Assembly: GCA_023266845.1 (NCBI GenBank)
Contig: JAHFPH010000002.1
Span: 1-62,785, forward strand
Direction of reading: 5' to 3'
Source of the DNA: Rhodospirillaceae bacterium
GTDB lineage: Bacteria; Pseudomonadota; Alphaproteobacteria; JAEULC01
DNA: 62,785 nt
The notes beneath the pieces are model-generated. The model made no database searches. It saw only the letters and a list, made by a program, of their open reading frames with translations, and was not told where the DNA came from. The translations under genes and the position numbers were made by a program. How positions within the stretch are numbered: position 1 is the first letter of the stretch; each line of letters begins with the position of its first letter. Below, one piece after another: positions 11,224 through 21,342 of the stretch.

Positions 11224-12174
11224 CTAGCGGGCGCGCCACCACCGGGCGACCCGGGCCAGCCCTTCGTCCACGCCGATCGGCGGTGCGAAGCCCAGCGCGC
11301 GTATGCCTCGATCATCCACGGTCAACGAGCCGGTCAGGCGCTTGAGGCGGGGACTGAGCGGCCCGATCCGGTTGAGCGCGCCGAGCAGCCGGGGCGGCGC
11401 CTGCCAGATCCGCTCTGGCCGGCCCAAAGCCTTGCGCAGCCTGGCAGCCAGACCGCCAATCGACAGGTCCTCGCCGTCCTTCAGCAAGTACCGGCCGCCC
11501 GCAGCGCCGGGCTGGTCCAGCACGTATGCGATCGCGGCGACCAGGTTATCCAGCGCCAGCAAACTGCGCCGGTTGTCGATTCCACCCAAAGGCAAAGGCA
11601 TTGCTGTGTCGCAAAGCCCTAAAAACGCTAGGAAATTAGCGCGTACACCAGGGCCGTACACCAGCGGAGGGCGCAGGATCACCGCCGTCATGCCGCCCTG
11701 GGAAACCGCCGCCACGGCCTCCTCCCCCTCCAGTTTGGACCTTCCGTATGCGTCTACAGGCAAAGGTATGTCGGTATCTACGTACGACGATCTGTCGCTG
11801 TTTCCATCTCCCAAGACTTTGACAGAGCTAATAAAAACGAATCTTTGGATGCACCGATTAGCGGCGGCGCAAGCCAATGTTGCCGTGCCGTACGCATTGA
11901 CGCGGCGGAATTCCTCCAGCGCCTCGCCGTTGCCGGAACCGGGCACATGCACCCGGGCGGCGAGATGGACGACGATGCCGACCCCCGACAGGGCCTGGTT
12001 CCAGTCGGTGTCGGGGCCGATTTCAGGCACGATGCAGCGCTCGACGCAAGCGGGCAGGGCCGCGCCTGGATCGCGCACCGCGCCCACTACGCGCCTGCCC
12101 TGAGCCAGCAGGTATCGGCAGAGGGCCATGCCGACGAAACCATTGGCGCCGGTAACGAGAACCGCCCCGGTCAT
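11224..12174 (-). CDS. Extended SDR NAD-dependent sugar-nucleotide epimerase/4-reductase (WbpV/WreQ-like role suspected)
   Basis: VLVTGANGFVG (GxxGxxG) and YGRSK (YxxxK catalytic pair). ATGA overlap with the upstream GT4 gene. The central part is visibly AT-richer than its surroundings. Confidence 0.8.
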   Translation of the reverse strand: MTGAVLVTGANGFVGMALCRYLLAQGRRVVGAVRDPGAALPACVERCIVPEIGPDTDWNQALSGVGIVVHLAARVHVPGSGNGEALEEFRRVNAYGTATLACAAANRCIQRFVFISSVKVLGDGNSDRSSYVDTDIPLPVDAYGRSKLEGEEAVAAVSQGGMTAVILRPPLVYGPGVRANFLAFLGLCDTAMPLPLGGIDNRRSLLALDNLVAAIAYVLDQPGAAGGRYLLKDGEDLSIGGLAARLRKALGRPERIWQAPPRLLGALNRIGPLSPRLKRLTGSLTVDDRGIRALGFAPPIGVDEGLARVARWWRAR

Positions 12175-13160
12175 CGCGCGCGCGCCAGCAACGCCAGCAA
12201 TCCCGCGACGATCAGGACGGCCGCGCCAAGCGCGAGCGCGGCATGACCGCCGGGGGCGAGCAGGGACGTCGCGATCAACAGCGCATTGGCCGCCAGCACG
12301 CGCCCGGCGACCTGGGCGTGGCTCAAGCCGCCCTGGACCGCGCGTTGATAGAAATGCTGTTTATGCGCCTGCCACACAGGCTCGCCTTTCATCGCGCGGA
12401 CCAGCAGCGTGAGCGTGGCGTCGGCGAGGAAGTAGGCCGGCAGGATCAGCGCCGCCACCCATTGCCCCGCCTCGGCCAGGCGCAGCAGCAGAAACCCGAA
12501 CAGAAAACCCAGCGGCACGCTGCCGACATCGCCCAGGAAAATCCGCGCGGGATGCCAGTTCCAGGCAAGGAACCCCAGGGCGGCGGCGGCGGCGGCGGCG
12601 CCCATCGCCGCCAGCGGCGGATCGGCGCGCGCAAAGACGACCACCGCGACCACACCGATGCCGATGCTGAGCGCCTCGCCGCCGTCCAGCCCGTCGATGC
12701 CGTCCATGAAATTGAACAGATTCACGAACCACAGCCACGCCAAGCCGATCGCCACCGCGCCGAGCCAAGCGGGCATCCAGCTTCCGAACAAGCCGCCCGC
12801 GCCGGGCGTCGCCGCCAACGCCGCCGTCACCGCCATGGCCTGTCCGACCAGACGCACATGCACCGGCAGGCCCACGCGGTCGTCGCGCCAGGACAGCATG
12901 GCGAGGCCTAGGGCCGCGCCGAGTACGACCCACATGTCGGATGGAGCGCGGGTGAAAAGCGCGATCGCCGCCCAGGCGACCAGAATCGCACCGATCACGG
13001 CGATGCCGCCGCCGCGCGGCGTGGGCGCGGCGTGGCTCGAGCGTTGGTTCGGGCGATCGAGGATATCGCGCCGCTTCAGCGTGTGGATCAGCCGCCACGC
13101 GCCGAGCCACGACAGAAGCCCCGCGCCGATGGCAATGGCGACGATCGAAACAGAATTCAT
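12171..13160 (-). CDS. Polyprenyl-phosphate HexNAc-1-phosphate transferase (glycosyltransferase family 4, WecA/WbpL/WreU-like initiating enzyme)
   Basis: Multi-pass membrane protein with the MraY/WecA motif FNFMDGIDGLDGG and DRPNQRSSHAAPTPRGGG. Start chosen at ATG 13160 (MNSVSIV), because the upstream extension of the ORF is R/A-rich junk. Confidence 0.85.
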   Translation of the reverse strand: MNSVSIVAIAIGAGLLSWLGAWRLIHTLKRRDILDRPNQRSSHAAPTPRGGGIAVIGAILVAWAAIALFTRAPSDMWVVLGAALGLAMLSWRDDRVGLPVHVRLVGQAMAVTAALAATPGAGGLFGSWMPAWLGAVAIGLAWLWFVNLFNFMDGIDGLDGGEALSIGIGVVAVVVFARADPPLAAMGAAAAAAALGFLAWNWHPARIFLGDVGSVPLGFLFGFLLLRLAEAGQWVAALILPAYFLADATLTLLVRAMKGEPVWQAHKQHFYQRAVQGGLSHAQVAGRVLAANALLIATSLLAPGGHAALALGAAVLIVAGLLALLARAR

Positions 13161-13170
13161 CGCTGCCCGT

Positions 13171-14802
13171 TCATGGCTTTTTCTTCTCGCGCTGCAGCGC
13201 CCATTTGACCACGGTTTCGCCGCCCTCGCCCGTCGTACCCGACAATACGACCTGGCGCGAGCGCTTGGGCTCGCCGCCCTGCCCGTCATAGGCGGAATCG
13301 GCGAGCGCGATCGCCGCCCCGCCCGTGCGCAACCGCCAGCCCATGCCGCCGGGCAGGCGCAGCAGCGCCGCAGCGCCGCCTTGCAGCAGCGAGGCGTCGA
13401 TTTCGGGATGCAGATGGAAATGCAGCGCGAAGGCGATGCCCGCGGGCCCCGTCAGCGAATCTTCGCCGCGCAGATCCTCGCCGCCCGGCGCCAGGTAAAG
13501 CCGGCGGCGCAACGCGATGCCGAAACGCTTGGCGTAGAAATCGTGGCGCGCGTCGATCAGCGCCGCGCCATCGCGCTCTTCGCGCATCGAGCCGGCCTTG
13601 CCGGTGGCGCGCTCAAGCCCGCCGCCCTTGCGGAGCCCGGCGCAGTCCATGCCGGAAACCACCGGCGTCGAATGCGCCGCGCTGCCGCGCGCGGCGGCGC
13701 CGGTATTCACGATCACGCGCTCCTTGCCGGCGGAAAATTCGAACGCCAGCGCGCCGGCATGCGCGCTTGCATCCATGCCCGGCGGCGGCGGTCCGCCCAC
13801 GTCCATGATCGCCACGCTGCGCCCGGCCTGCAGGCGCTCGTAGCCCGTGTCGGGCAGGCGCGCCGGCATGTTGGCGCGCGGCACGGCATGGGCCAAGAGC
13901 GTGTCGATCAGCCAGTTCTCGTCCTCGCCCGAGCCGTGGAACAGGGCCAGGCCGCCATCGCCGTGGCGCAGGAAGCGCACCACTCCCGCCAGTTTTTCGA
14001 TTTCGTCCTGCAGCGCGTCGGGTATGCGCTTGCCCGCCGCGCCCAACGCCGAGCGGATATCGACCAGATGCCTGAGCGCTTCGACCTGCGAGGACGGCGA
14101 GCGCGAGGCATGGCCGCCATCGGACAGGAAATCCTGTTTCAGAATCCGGTCCAGCCGCCGCATTCCCGGCCCCAGGCGCGGCGCGTCCTCGGGCAAGGCG
14201 ATGCCGGCCATGACCAGCGCCTTGGCCACGGCCAGCCGGTCGATCGGACCGACGGCGGCGTTCGCGACGCGGTCGAGATGCCGCAACTGGCGCAGCAAGG
14301 CGCGGAAGAACCGCGCGCGCAACTCGTCGTCGGCCGAAGCGGCGAAGAATTCGTAGTGGCCCAGCCACGCGCCGACGCGCCGGGCCACGAGCGGCGGCCG
14401 CCAGGCGGTGGCATGCCACCAGCCGAAGCGCCGGCACCATCCCGCCACCAGCTCGCGCGCGCGCCGCCGCGCAGCACCCCCACCCAGCGTGCGCAGATCG
14501 CCGAGCCAGCGAAACGAATGCAGCTCGTCGAAAAATTCGCGCGGCAGATCGGCGGCGCTCCAGATCGCGTCGCCCTCGGCGCTGCGCACGACATGCGCCA
14601 ACGGGAACGTGCCGCCGAGAATCGCCGCGCCCCGGTCGGCGTCGCCGGGCCACGGATCGGGCGGCGCCACGGTCAACTGGAACGCCGGCCGCCCGCGCAG
14701 CATCGCGCGGTAAAGCGGGCTCATGAACAGCGGCAGGCGCAGCCGGTACCACAGCAGGGACAAACGCTGGCCGGCCGGAATTCCGCCGAGGGTCAGCGCC
14801 AT
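13171..14802 (-). CDS. Heparinase II/III-like family protein (alphaproteobacterial conserved, function unknown)
   Basis: ~543 aa. C-terminal SAHAGALAFEFSAGKERVIVNTG resembles the heparinase II/III C-domain motif. This family commonly lies between rpe and purH in Alphaproteobacteria (from memory). Start at ATG 14802 avoids overlap with rpe. No signal peptide is evident. Confidence 0.6.
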   Translation of the reverse strand: MALTLGGIPAGQRLSLLWYRLRLPLFMSPLYRAMLRGRPAFQLTVAPPDPWPGDADRGAAILGGTFPLAHVVRSAEGDAIWSAADLPREFFDELHSFRWLGDLRTLGGGAARRRARELVAGWCRRFGWWHATAWRPPLVARRVGAWLGHYEFFAASADDELRARFFRALLRQLRHLDRVANAAVGPIDRLAVAKALVMAGIALPEDAPRLGPGMRRLDRILKQDFLSDGGHASRSPSSQVEALRHLVDIRSALGAAGKRIPDALQDEIEKLAGVVRFLRHGDGGLALFHGSGEDENWLIDTLLAHAVPRANMPARLPDTGYERLQAGRSVAIMDVGGPPPPGMDASAHAGALAFEFSAGKERVIVNTGAAARGSAAHSTPVVSGMDCAGLRKGGGLERATGKAGSMREERDGAALIDARHDFYAKRFGIALRRRLYLAPGGEDLRGEDSLTGPAGIAFALHFHLHPEIDASLLQGGAAALLRLPGGMGWRLRTGGAAIALADSAYDGQGGEPKRSRQVVLSGTTGEGGETVVKWALQREKKKP

Positions 14803-14818
14803 GGGCGGGGAAAACGCC

Positions 14819-15481
14819 TCAGCCGCCGCGCAGCCGGCGGATATTGCCGGCATAGGCGGCCTCGCCGCCCGAAAACGTCGCGGTGCCCGCCACCAGCACA
14901 TCGGCGCCGGCGGCAACCGCCTGGTGCGCGGTGTCGGCGTTGATGCCGCCGTCGATCGACAGGTCGATCTTCCGGCCGGTCGCGTCGATCATGCGGCGCA
15001 AATCTTTCAGCTTGTCCAGCGCCGAAGGAATGAACGCCTGGCCGCCGAAACCGGGATTGACGCTCATCACCAGCACCATCTCGATTTCGGTCAGCACGTT
15101 GGCGATGGCGGCGACCGGCGTGCCCGGATTGAGCGACACGCCCGGCTTCTTGCCGTGCTGGCGGATCAGTTGGATGGTGCGGTGCAGATGCGGGCCCGCC
15201 TCGGGATGCACGGTGATGATGTCGGCCCCGGCCTCGGCGAAGGCGGCGACATAGGGATCGACCGGCGCGATCATCAGATGCACGTCGAACACTTTCTTGC
15301 TGTGCGGACGCAGCGCCTTCACCACGCCGGGCCCGATGGTCAGGTTGGGCACGAAATGCCCGTCCATCACGTCGATATGGACGTAGTCGGCCCCGGCCTT
15401 GTCGACCGCGCGCAGCTCCTCGCCCAGCCGGGCGAAATCGGCCGACAGGATGGAAGGGGCGATGCGGACGGGCTGCTGCAT
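14819..15481 (-). CDS. rpe: Ribulose-phosphate 3-epimerase
   Basis: [16 protein letters not shown]...[20 protein letters not shown]...[11 protein letters not shown]. Confidence 0.95.
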   Translation of the reverse strand: MQQPVRIAPSILSADFARLGEELRAVDKAGADYVHIDVMDGHFVPNLTIGPGVVKALRPHSKKVFDVHLMIAPVDPYVAAFAEAGADIITVHPEAGPHLHRTIQLIRQHGKKPGVSLNPGTPVAAIANVLTEIEMVLVMSVNPGFGGQAFIPSALDKLKDLRRMIDATGRKIDLSIDGGINADTAHQAVAAGADVLVAGTATFSGGEAAYAGNIRRLRGG

Positions 15482-15600
15482 GGCTGGTAGGTAGCACCCC
15501 CGATTCCCCCCCGGCAAGCCATCCCCTTGAAACCCCGCGCCGAGCGGCGGGTTCCCGCCCCCGCCTTGCGGTCGCGCGGCGGCGTTTCTATGCTTGGTTC

Positions 15601-17145
15601 ATGCTTGCGGGTTCAGTGCGTTCCCTGCTTTGCGCGACGGCGCTGCTGGCCTTGCTCGGCGCCGGCGACACATGGGCGCAGGCGCCGGTCAGGCGCGTGG
15701 CGCTGGTGATCGGCAATTCCGACTACAAGGAAGGCGGGGCATTGAAGAACCCGCTCAACGACGCGCGCGCCATGGCCGCGGCGCTGCGCCAGCTGGGTTT
15801 CACCGTGATCGCGCGCGAGAACGCCACCAAGCAGCAGATGGAGCGCGCGGTCGGCGAATTCGGCGACGCGCTGGCGCCGGGCACCGTCGCCCTGTTCTAT
15901 TTCGCCGGACACGGCATGCAGGTGAACGGCCGCAACTTCCTGGTTCCGGTCGACGCCAACATCACGACCGAGGGACGCGTGCGCCTGGAGGCGCTGGACG
16001 TGGACCTGGTGCTGGACCAGATGGCGGCAAGCGGCACCACCGTGAACCTGATGGTGCTGGACGCCTGCCGCAACAATCCGTTCGAGAAGCGCTTCCGCGG
16101 TGGCGCGGGCGGAGGCCTTGCCCAGATCAACGCGCCCAAGGGCACGCTGATCGCCTATGCGACCGCGCCCGGCAAGGTGGCGGCGGACGGCGACGGGGTG
16201 AATGGCATCTATACCGCCAAGCTGCTGCAAGCGATGAAGTCGCCCGGCCTGCCGATCGAGGAGGTGTTCAAGCGCGTGCGCGTGGACGTGGCGCGCGAAA
16301 CCAAGGACGAGCAGACGCCGTGGGAGGCGTCGTCGTTGACCGGCAGCTTTTTCTTCGTCGAGCCGCCGAAGCCCGCCGGCGCGCCGGCGGGGCCCAGCGA
16401 GGCCGAGAAGGAAATGCTGTTCTGGGAATCGGTAAAGCACACCGACGATCCGTTGGTGCTCAACGCATACCTGGAACGTTATCCGAGCGGCACCTTCGCC
16501 GGGCTGGCGCGGGCTAAAATCCAGGCCGGCGAGAACAAGCAGCGCCAAGCCGCCCTGACCGCGCCGCCGCCCGTATCCGCCGAGCAGGCGATCTGGGAGA
16601 TGGTGAAGGGATCCACCGACCCCGATATTTTCCAGACGTTCCTGGAGAAATACCCCACCGGCGCGCATGCCCAAGAGGCGCGGTCCAAGCTTGACGCGCT
16701 GAGCAAAGCGGGGAAAAAGATTCAAACCGCCGCGGCGCCCGCGCCATCCGCGCCGCCGCCGGCACAGGCCGCGACTCCAACGGCGGCACCCGCCGCTTCG
16801 GCCGCGAAGCCCGGCGCCAGCCCGGTCGACGGCATCTGGCACGGCTCGTACAGCTGCTCGATGTCGCAGCGCGCGAGCACCGGGCCGTTCAATTCGCAGG
16901 ATCGTATCTTCGTGGTCAAGGACGGCAAGCTGACCGGCAGGTACGAGGCCCAGACCATCAGCGAGCAGTTCCTGGGCTCGATCGTCGCGGGCGGCAAGGT
17001 GCTGATCAACGGCAACGGCGAAAACTCGCGCGCGTTGCGCGGCTACACCATCGACATGTTCGGCAAGGAAGAAGGCGGCAAGTTCACCGCCACCGGCAAG
17101 CACGGCGACCGCGATTGCACGCTGGTCTACAGCAAGGTGCAGTAG
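15601..17145 (+). CDS. Secreted caspase-family (peptidase C14) protein with two helical repeats, an Ala/Pro linker and a C-terminal ~95-aa domain
   Basis: Signal peptide ...LLALLGAGDTWAQA. C14 core RVALVIGNSDY. Catalytic His in FYFAGHGMQ and catalytic Cys in MVLDACRNNPF. Repeats are EKEMLFWESVKHTDDPLVLNAYLERYPSGTFAGLARAKI and EQAIWEMVKGSTDPDIFQTFLEKYPTGAHAQEARSKL. Confidence 0.85.
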   Translation: MLAGSVRSLLCATALLALLGAGDTWAQAPVRRVALVIGNSDYKEGGALKNPLNDARAMAAALRQLGFTVIARENATKQQMERAVGEFGDALAPGTVALFYFAGHGMQVNGRNFLVPVDANITTEGRVRLEALDVDLVLDQMAASGTTVNLMVLDACRNNPFEKRFRGGAGGGLAQINAPKGTLIAYATAPGKVAADGDGVNGIYTAKLLQAMKSPGLPIEEVFKRVRVDVARETKDEQTPWEASSLTGSFFFVEPPKPAGAPAGPSEAEKEMLFWESVKHTDDPLVLNAYLERYPSGTFAGLARAKIQAGENKQRQAALTAPPPVSAEQAIWEMVKGSTDPDIFQTFLEKYPTGAHAQEARSKLDALSKAGKKIQTAAAPAPSAPPPAQAATPTAAPAASAAKPGASPVDGIWHGSYSCSMSQRASTGPFNSQDRIFVVKDGKLTGRYEAQTISEQFLGSIVAGGKVLINGNGENSRALRGYTIDMFGKEEGGKFTATGKHGDRDCTLVYSKVQ

Positions 17146-17151
17146 GCAAGT

Positions 17152-18471
17152 TCAGGACTTCTTCTCCAACCGCGCGGCGTAGAACCCATCCATGCCGCCC
17201 CTGTCGGCCCAATGGCAGGGCAGCGTGCGCAAATCGCCCTGCGGCGAAATCGCCTCGGTAAGCCCGCCGATTTCCTGCGGCGTCACGGTGCGCCGGCGCA
17301 GCGTCGCGTCGCGACGCAGCAGGGCCGCGACGCGCGCGACGCCTTCCTCGGGCTCGAGCGAGCAGACCGCGTAGACCAGCAACCCGCCGGGCGCCAGCAT
17401 CGCCGCGGCGTTGGCCAGCAGGCGATCCTGCGTTTGCGACAGGCGCTCGACGTCTTTCTGCGTCTTCAAACGCTGGACGTCGGGGTGGCGGCGGATCGTG
17501 CCCGTCGCCGTGCAGGGTGCGTCGAGCAACACGACTTGCGCGGGCGCTGATGGACGCCAAGCGCCGGCATCGGCCTGGACCAGCTCGGCGGCAAGCCCGG
17601 TGCGCGCGAGATTGTCCTTCACGCGCTGAAGCCGCTTGGCGGAGATGTCGACCGCGGTGACGCGAGCGCCGAGAGCGGCGAGCTGCATGGTCTTGCCGCC
17701 CGGCGCCGCGCACAGATCGATCACCGTCTTGCCGGCGATATCGCCCAACAGTTTCACCGGCAAGGCGGCGCCCGCGTCCTGGACCCACCACGCGCCTTCG
17801 CCATAGCCCGGCAGGTCCGCGACGGCGCCGCCCGGTTTCCTGCGCAACGTGCCAGTCGAAAGAATTTCGGCTTCCAGTTTCGCCGCCCAATCCTGCGGGT
17901 CGGATTTCACGGAAATATCCAGCGGTGCTTCGATCAGATGCGCATGGGCGATGGCGCGCGCCGTGTCTTCGCCGTAGGCGCCGGCCCAGCTTTGCCACAG
18001 CCAGTGCGGCGTGTTGAGCCGCGCGGCGTCCTGGCGCGCCGACAATTGCGCGCCCTCGCGCGCCAGGCGCCGCAGCACGGCGTTGACCAGCCCGGTGTAG
18101 CGATCCTTGCCCTTGTTCTGCACCAGATCGACCGCGGTGCTGACCGCGGCATGGGCGGCGGTGCCCAGGAACACAAGCTGCGCGGTGGCGATGCGCAGCA
18201 CGTCCTGCGCGGCGCCGTCGCGTTCGGGGATCGAGCGTTCGACGCATTGGGCGATCAGCGCGTCGATCTGGCCCAACCGGCGCAGCGTTGAGGCGGCGAT
18301 GGCGCGGACGAAGGCGCGGTCGCGCGGCTCGAGCGCATCGACGCCCTTGGGGTCTTCGTCCAACGCCCGCCCGCGCCTCAACACGCCGGCGACGATATCC
18401 AGCGCGATGGAACGGGCGGAAATTCCTGCACTGGCCGGCGGGGAAGCTTCCTGCGCTTGGTCGGAACTCAT
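17152..18471 (-). CDS. rsmB: 16S rRNA (cytosine-C5)-methyltransferase, RsmB/Sun family
   Basis: NusB-like N-terminus. SAM fold [10 protein letters not shown] and [16 protein letters not shown] 18471 gives an ATGA overlap with the htpX stop. The ORF also opens at GTG 18477. Confidence 0.85.
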   Translation of the reverse strand: MSSDQAQEASPPASAGISARSIALDIVAGVLRRGRALDEDPKGVDALEPRDRAFVRAIAASTLRRLGQIDALIAQCVERSIPERDGAAQDVLRIATAQLVFLGTAAHAAVSTAVDLVQNKGKDRYTGLVNAVLRRLAREGAQLSARQDAARLNTPHWLWQSWAGAYGEDTARAIAHAHLIEAPLDISVKSDPQDWAAKLEAEILSTGTLRRKPGGAVADLPGYGEGAWWVQDAGAALPVKLLGDIAGKTVIDLCAAPGGKTMQLAALGARVTAVDISAKRLQRVKDNLARTGLAAELVQADAGAWRPSAPAQVVLLDAPCTATGTIRRHPDVQRLKTQKDVERLSQTQDRLLANAAAMLAPGGLLVYAVCSLEPEEGVARVAALLRRDATLRRRTVTPQEIGGLTEAISPQGDLRTLPCHWADRGGMDGFYAARLEKKS

Positions 18472-19487
18472 CCCCACGGGCCGCGCGAAGCAGGCCCGCT
18501 GGCCGGCACCGAGCCGCGCCGCCAGTTGCGCACGGCGTCGTCATGCGGATGCGCGGCGGCGGACTCGGACTCAGCGGGTGCGGGTTCGGCCTGATCGAGG
18601 TCGGGCATGCGGCCACCCATGGACCCATTGGCGTCGATCTCGTGCGCCAGCTGCTGCAACGCCGCCACGCGGTTGTCGGTGTTGGGATGGGTCGAGAACA
18701 GCCCGTCCATCCCGCCGCCACTGAGCGGGTTGATGATGAAGAGATGCGCCGTGGCCGGGTTCTGCGCCACGTTGTCGCTTTGGCCCTCGGCCACGTAATG
18801 CTCGATCTTCTTCAAGGCCGAGGCCAGCGCCATCGGGTTGCCGCTGATCTGGCCGCCCAGGCGGTCGGCCGAATATTCGCGCGTGCGGCTGATCGCCATC
18901 TGCACCAGCGAGGCGGCGAGCGGCGCCACGATCATCATCAGGATTCCGCCGACCATGCCGAGCGGATTGCCGCGCCCCTCGCCGTCGCGCGAATGGCCGA
19001 AGAACATGGCGAAGTTCGCCAGCATGCCGATGGCGCCGGCGATGGTGGCGGTGACGGTCATGATGAGCGTGTCGCGGTTCTTCACATGCGACAGCTCGTG
19101 CGCCATGACCCCCGCGATTTCGTCGTGGTCGAGCAGGCGCAGCAGGCCCGTGGTGGCGCAGACCGAGGCGTTCTCGGGGTTGCGGCCCGTGGCGAAGGCG
19201 TTGGGCTGGTCGTCCTCGACGATGAACACCTTGGGCATCGGCAGGCCGGCGCGCCCGGCCAATTCCTTGACGATGGCGTGGAATTCGGGCGCGGCGCGCT
19301 CGTCGACCTGCTTGGCGCCGTACATCGACAGCACCATCTTGTCGGAGTTCCAATAGGCGAACAGGTTCATGCCGCCGGCCACGATGAGCGCGATCAGCAT
19401 GCCGCCCTCCCCGCCGATCGCGTAACCGATGGCGAGGAAAAACGCGGTCAGGGCCGCCAACAGAATGCCGGTCTTCACATAGTTCAT
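18468..19487 (-). CDS. htpX: Zinc metalloprotease HtpX homologue (M48)
   Basis: [17 protein letters not shown]... with TM helices and the HELSHV zinc motif. C-terminal low-complexity tail. Confidence 0.9.
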   Translation of the reverse strand: MNYVKTGILLAALTAFFLAIGYAIGGEGGMLIALIVAGGMNLFAYWNSDKMVLSMYGAKQVDERAAPEFHAIVKELAGRAGLPMPKVFIVEDDQPNAFATGRNPENASVCATTGLLRLLDHDEIAGVMAHELSHVKNRDTLIMTVTATIAGAIGMLANFAMFFGHSRDGEGRGNPLGMVGGILMMIVAPLAASLVQMAISRTREYSADRLGGQISGNPMALASALKKIEHYVAEGQSDNVAQNPATAHLFIINPLSGGGMDGLFSTHPNTDNRVAALQQLAHEIDANGSMGGRMPDLDQAEPAPAESESAAAHPHDDAVRNWRRGSVPASGPASRGPWG

Positions 19488-19644
19488 TCGGGTACTCCCC
19501 TGGCGCCCGGATAGGCTTTGGGCGTCCACCGCATAGGTAAGAATAAACTTTCCCGGGTCAATCCGCAGGGCCGGGGATTACGCGGATTTCATATCGCCGG
19601 CCGGGGTGTTTTTCCTTAAGCGGAACAAGGGCATACTCCTGCCC

Positions 19645-19824
19645 ATGAGCGACAAACCGCAAGCCCCGCCGGCGCCAAAGCCCACTCCGCCCGCCAAACC
19701 CAAGATCCCGCCGCCGCAAGCCAAGGCGAAAGACGAAAAGGTCAAGGAGATCGGCGGGCCGGAAGGCCCCGAGCCCACGCGCTATGGCGATTGGGAACGC
19801 AAGGGCCGCGTCAGCGATTTTTAA
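19645..19824 (+). CDS. DUF1674 / SDHAF4-like small protein
   Basis: 59 aa. Pro/Lys-rich N-terminus and the diagnostic C-terminus [23 protein letters not shown]. The 3-prime end overlaps the convergent pgk by 14 nt. Confidence 0.75.
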   Translation: MSDKPQAPPAPKPTPPAKPKIPPPQAKAKDEKVKEIGGPEGPEPTRYGDWERKGRVSDF

Positions 19825-21007
19825 GCGCCGCGACGCCCGGAAGCTCCTTGCCTTCGAGCCATTCGAGGAACGCGCCGCCGGCGGTCGAGACATAGGAGAA
19901 TTTCTCGGTCACGCCGGCTTGGCGCAGCGCCGCCACCGTGTCGCCGCCGCCCGCGACGCTGAGCAGCTTCTTTGCCCGCGACAGATCGGCGACGTGGCGC
20001 GCGACTTCCGCTGTGCCCCGGTCGAAGGGTTTGACCTCGAACGCGCCCAAGGGGCCGTTCCACACCACGGTTTTGCACGCCCCGATCTCGCGCTTGAGCA
20101 GATCGACCGTTTTAGGACCAATGTCCAAAATCATCTTGTCGGCCGGCACGGATTTGATGTCGACGATGGAGGACACAGCACCTTCCTTGAATTCGGGTGC
20201 CACCACGGCATCGACCGGCAATAGAACAGCGCAGCCGCGTTGCTTGGCCGTGTCGAGTATCCTGCGCGCCGTGCCGGCCAGATCCTTCTCGCACAGGCTT
20301 TTGCCCACGTTCACGCCCATGGCGTTCAAGAACGTGTTGGCCATGCCGCCGCCGATCACCAGCTTGTCGACCTTGGCGACTAGGTTGCCCAGGAGGTCGA
20401 GCTTGGTGGAAATCTTGGCGCCGCCGACCAGCGCCATCGCGGGCCGCGCGGGTTTTTCGAGCGCGCGCTGGAGATGCTCCAGCTCTTCCTGCATCAGCCG
20501 CCCGGCGGCGGCGGGCAGCAGCGAAGCGATCGCGGTCGTGGAGGCATGGGCGCGATGCGCGGCGGAGAACGCGTCGTCGACGTAAAGATCGCCGAGGGCG
20601 GCAAGCCGTTTGGCGAAGGCGGGGTCGTTGGCTTCCTCGCCCGCGTGGAAGCGCAGATTTTCCAGCAGCGCTACCTCGCCGTTCTTCAAGCCCGCGACCG
20701 CGGCCTCTGCCTTCGGCCCCGCGCAATCCTCGGCGAAGGCCACGCGCCTGCCCAACACCTTCGCCAACGGCCCGGCCAGGGGCTTCAGCGACATCGACGG
20801 CACGATTTTTCCCTTCGGCCGGTCGAAATGCGAGATCACCACGACCCGCGCGCCCTTCTCGGCCAGCTCGCGGATTGTCGGAGCCAAGCGTTCAATACGC
20901 GTTAGGTCGGACACTTTGCCGTCGCGCATCGGCACGTTCAGATCGGCGCGCAGGATGACGCGCTTCCCGGCAACGGCAAGGTGGTCGAGGGTCTTGAAAC
21001 CGGCCAT
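19811..21007 (-). CDS. pgk: Phosphoglycerate kinase
   Basis: [12 protein letters not shown]...ISHFDRPKG...STGGGAFLEW-type motifs. Start at MAGFKTLD. Confidence 0.95.
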   Translation of the reverse strand: MAGFKTLDHLAVAGKRVILRADLNVPMRDGKVSDLTRIERLAPTIRELAEKGARVVVISHFDRPKGKIVPSMSLKPLAGPLAKVLGRRVAFAEDCAGPKAEAAVAGLKNGEVALLENLRFHAGEEANDPAFAKRLAALGDLYVDDAFSAAHRAHASTTAIASLLPAAAGRLMQEELEHLQRALEKPARPAMALVGGAKISTKLDLLGNLVAKVDKLVIGGGMANTFLNAMGVNVGKSLCEKDLAGTARRILDTAKQRGCAVLLPVDAVVAPEFKEGAVSSIVDIKSVPADKMILDIGPKTVDLLKREIGACKTVVWNGPLGAFEVKPFDRGTAEVARHVADLSRAKKLLSVAGGGDTVAALRQAGVTEKFSYVSTAGGAFLEWLEGKELPGVAALKNR

Positions 21008-21085
21008 GCGCCGCGACTTGCCACAGGCCCCCGGGGATTGCAATGGGCCGAATTGCAACGCCCGCCAACAGTTGATATTGGATGG

Positions 21086-21254
21086 GCAGTTCTCAGGGCG
21101 GGGTGCGAGTCCCCACCGGCGGTGATTGCGTCTCTTGAGCGTATTGGCGCATCAGCCCGCGAGCGCCCATCGGTCCATAGACATGGACCGGCGGGGTCAG
21201 CAGATCCGGTGCGATTCCGGGGCCGACGGTCAAAGTCCGGATGGAAGAGAACGA
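21086..21254 (+). promoter_or_regulatory. FMN riboswitch (RFN element) in the ribH leader
   Basis: Near-consensus RFN core: TTCTCAGGGCGGGGTGCGAGTCCCCACCGGCGGT ... AGCCCGCGAGCGCC ... GGTCAGCAGATCCGGTGCGATTCCGGGGCCGACGGTCAAAGTCCGGATGGAAGAGAAC. It lies about 90 nt upstream of the ribH GTG (SD AGGAGA at 21331-21336). Confidence 0.9.
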
Positions 21255-21342
21255 GCGATGGACCGGGCGAGCCGCGAGTGCGCCGCGCCGGGCCCATCGG
21301 CCGTGCGCCCTGATTCATGTCCCGTAAGCAAGGAGACAGAGT

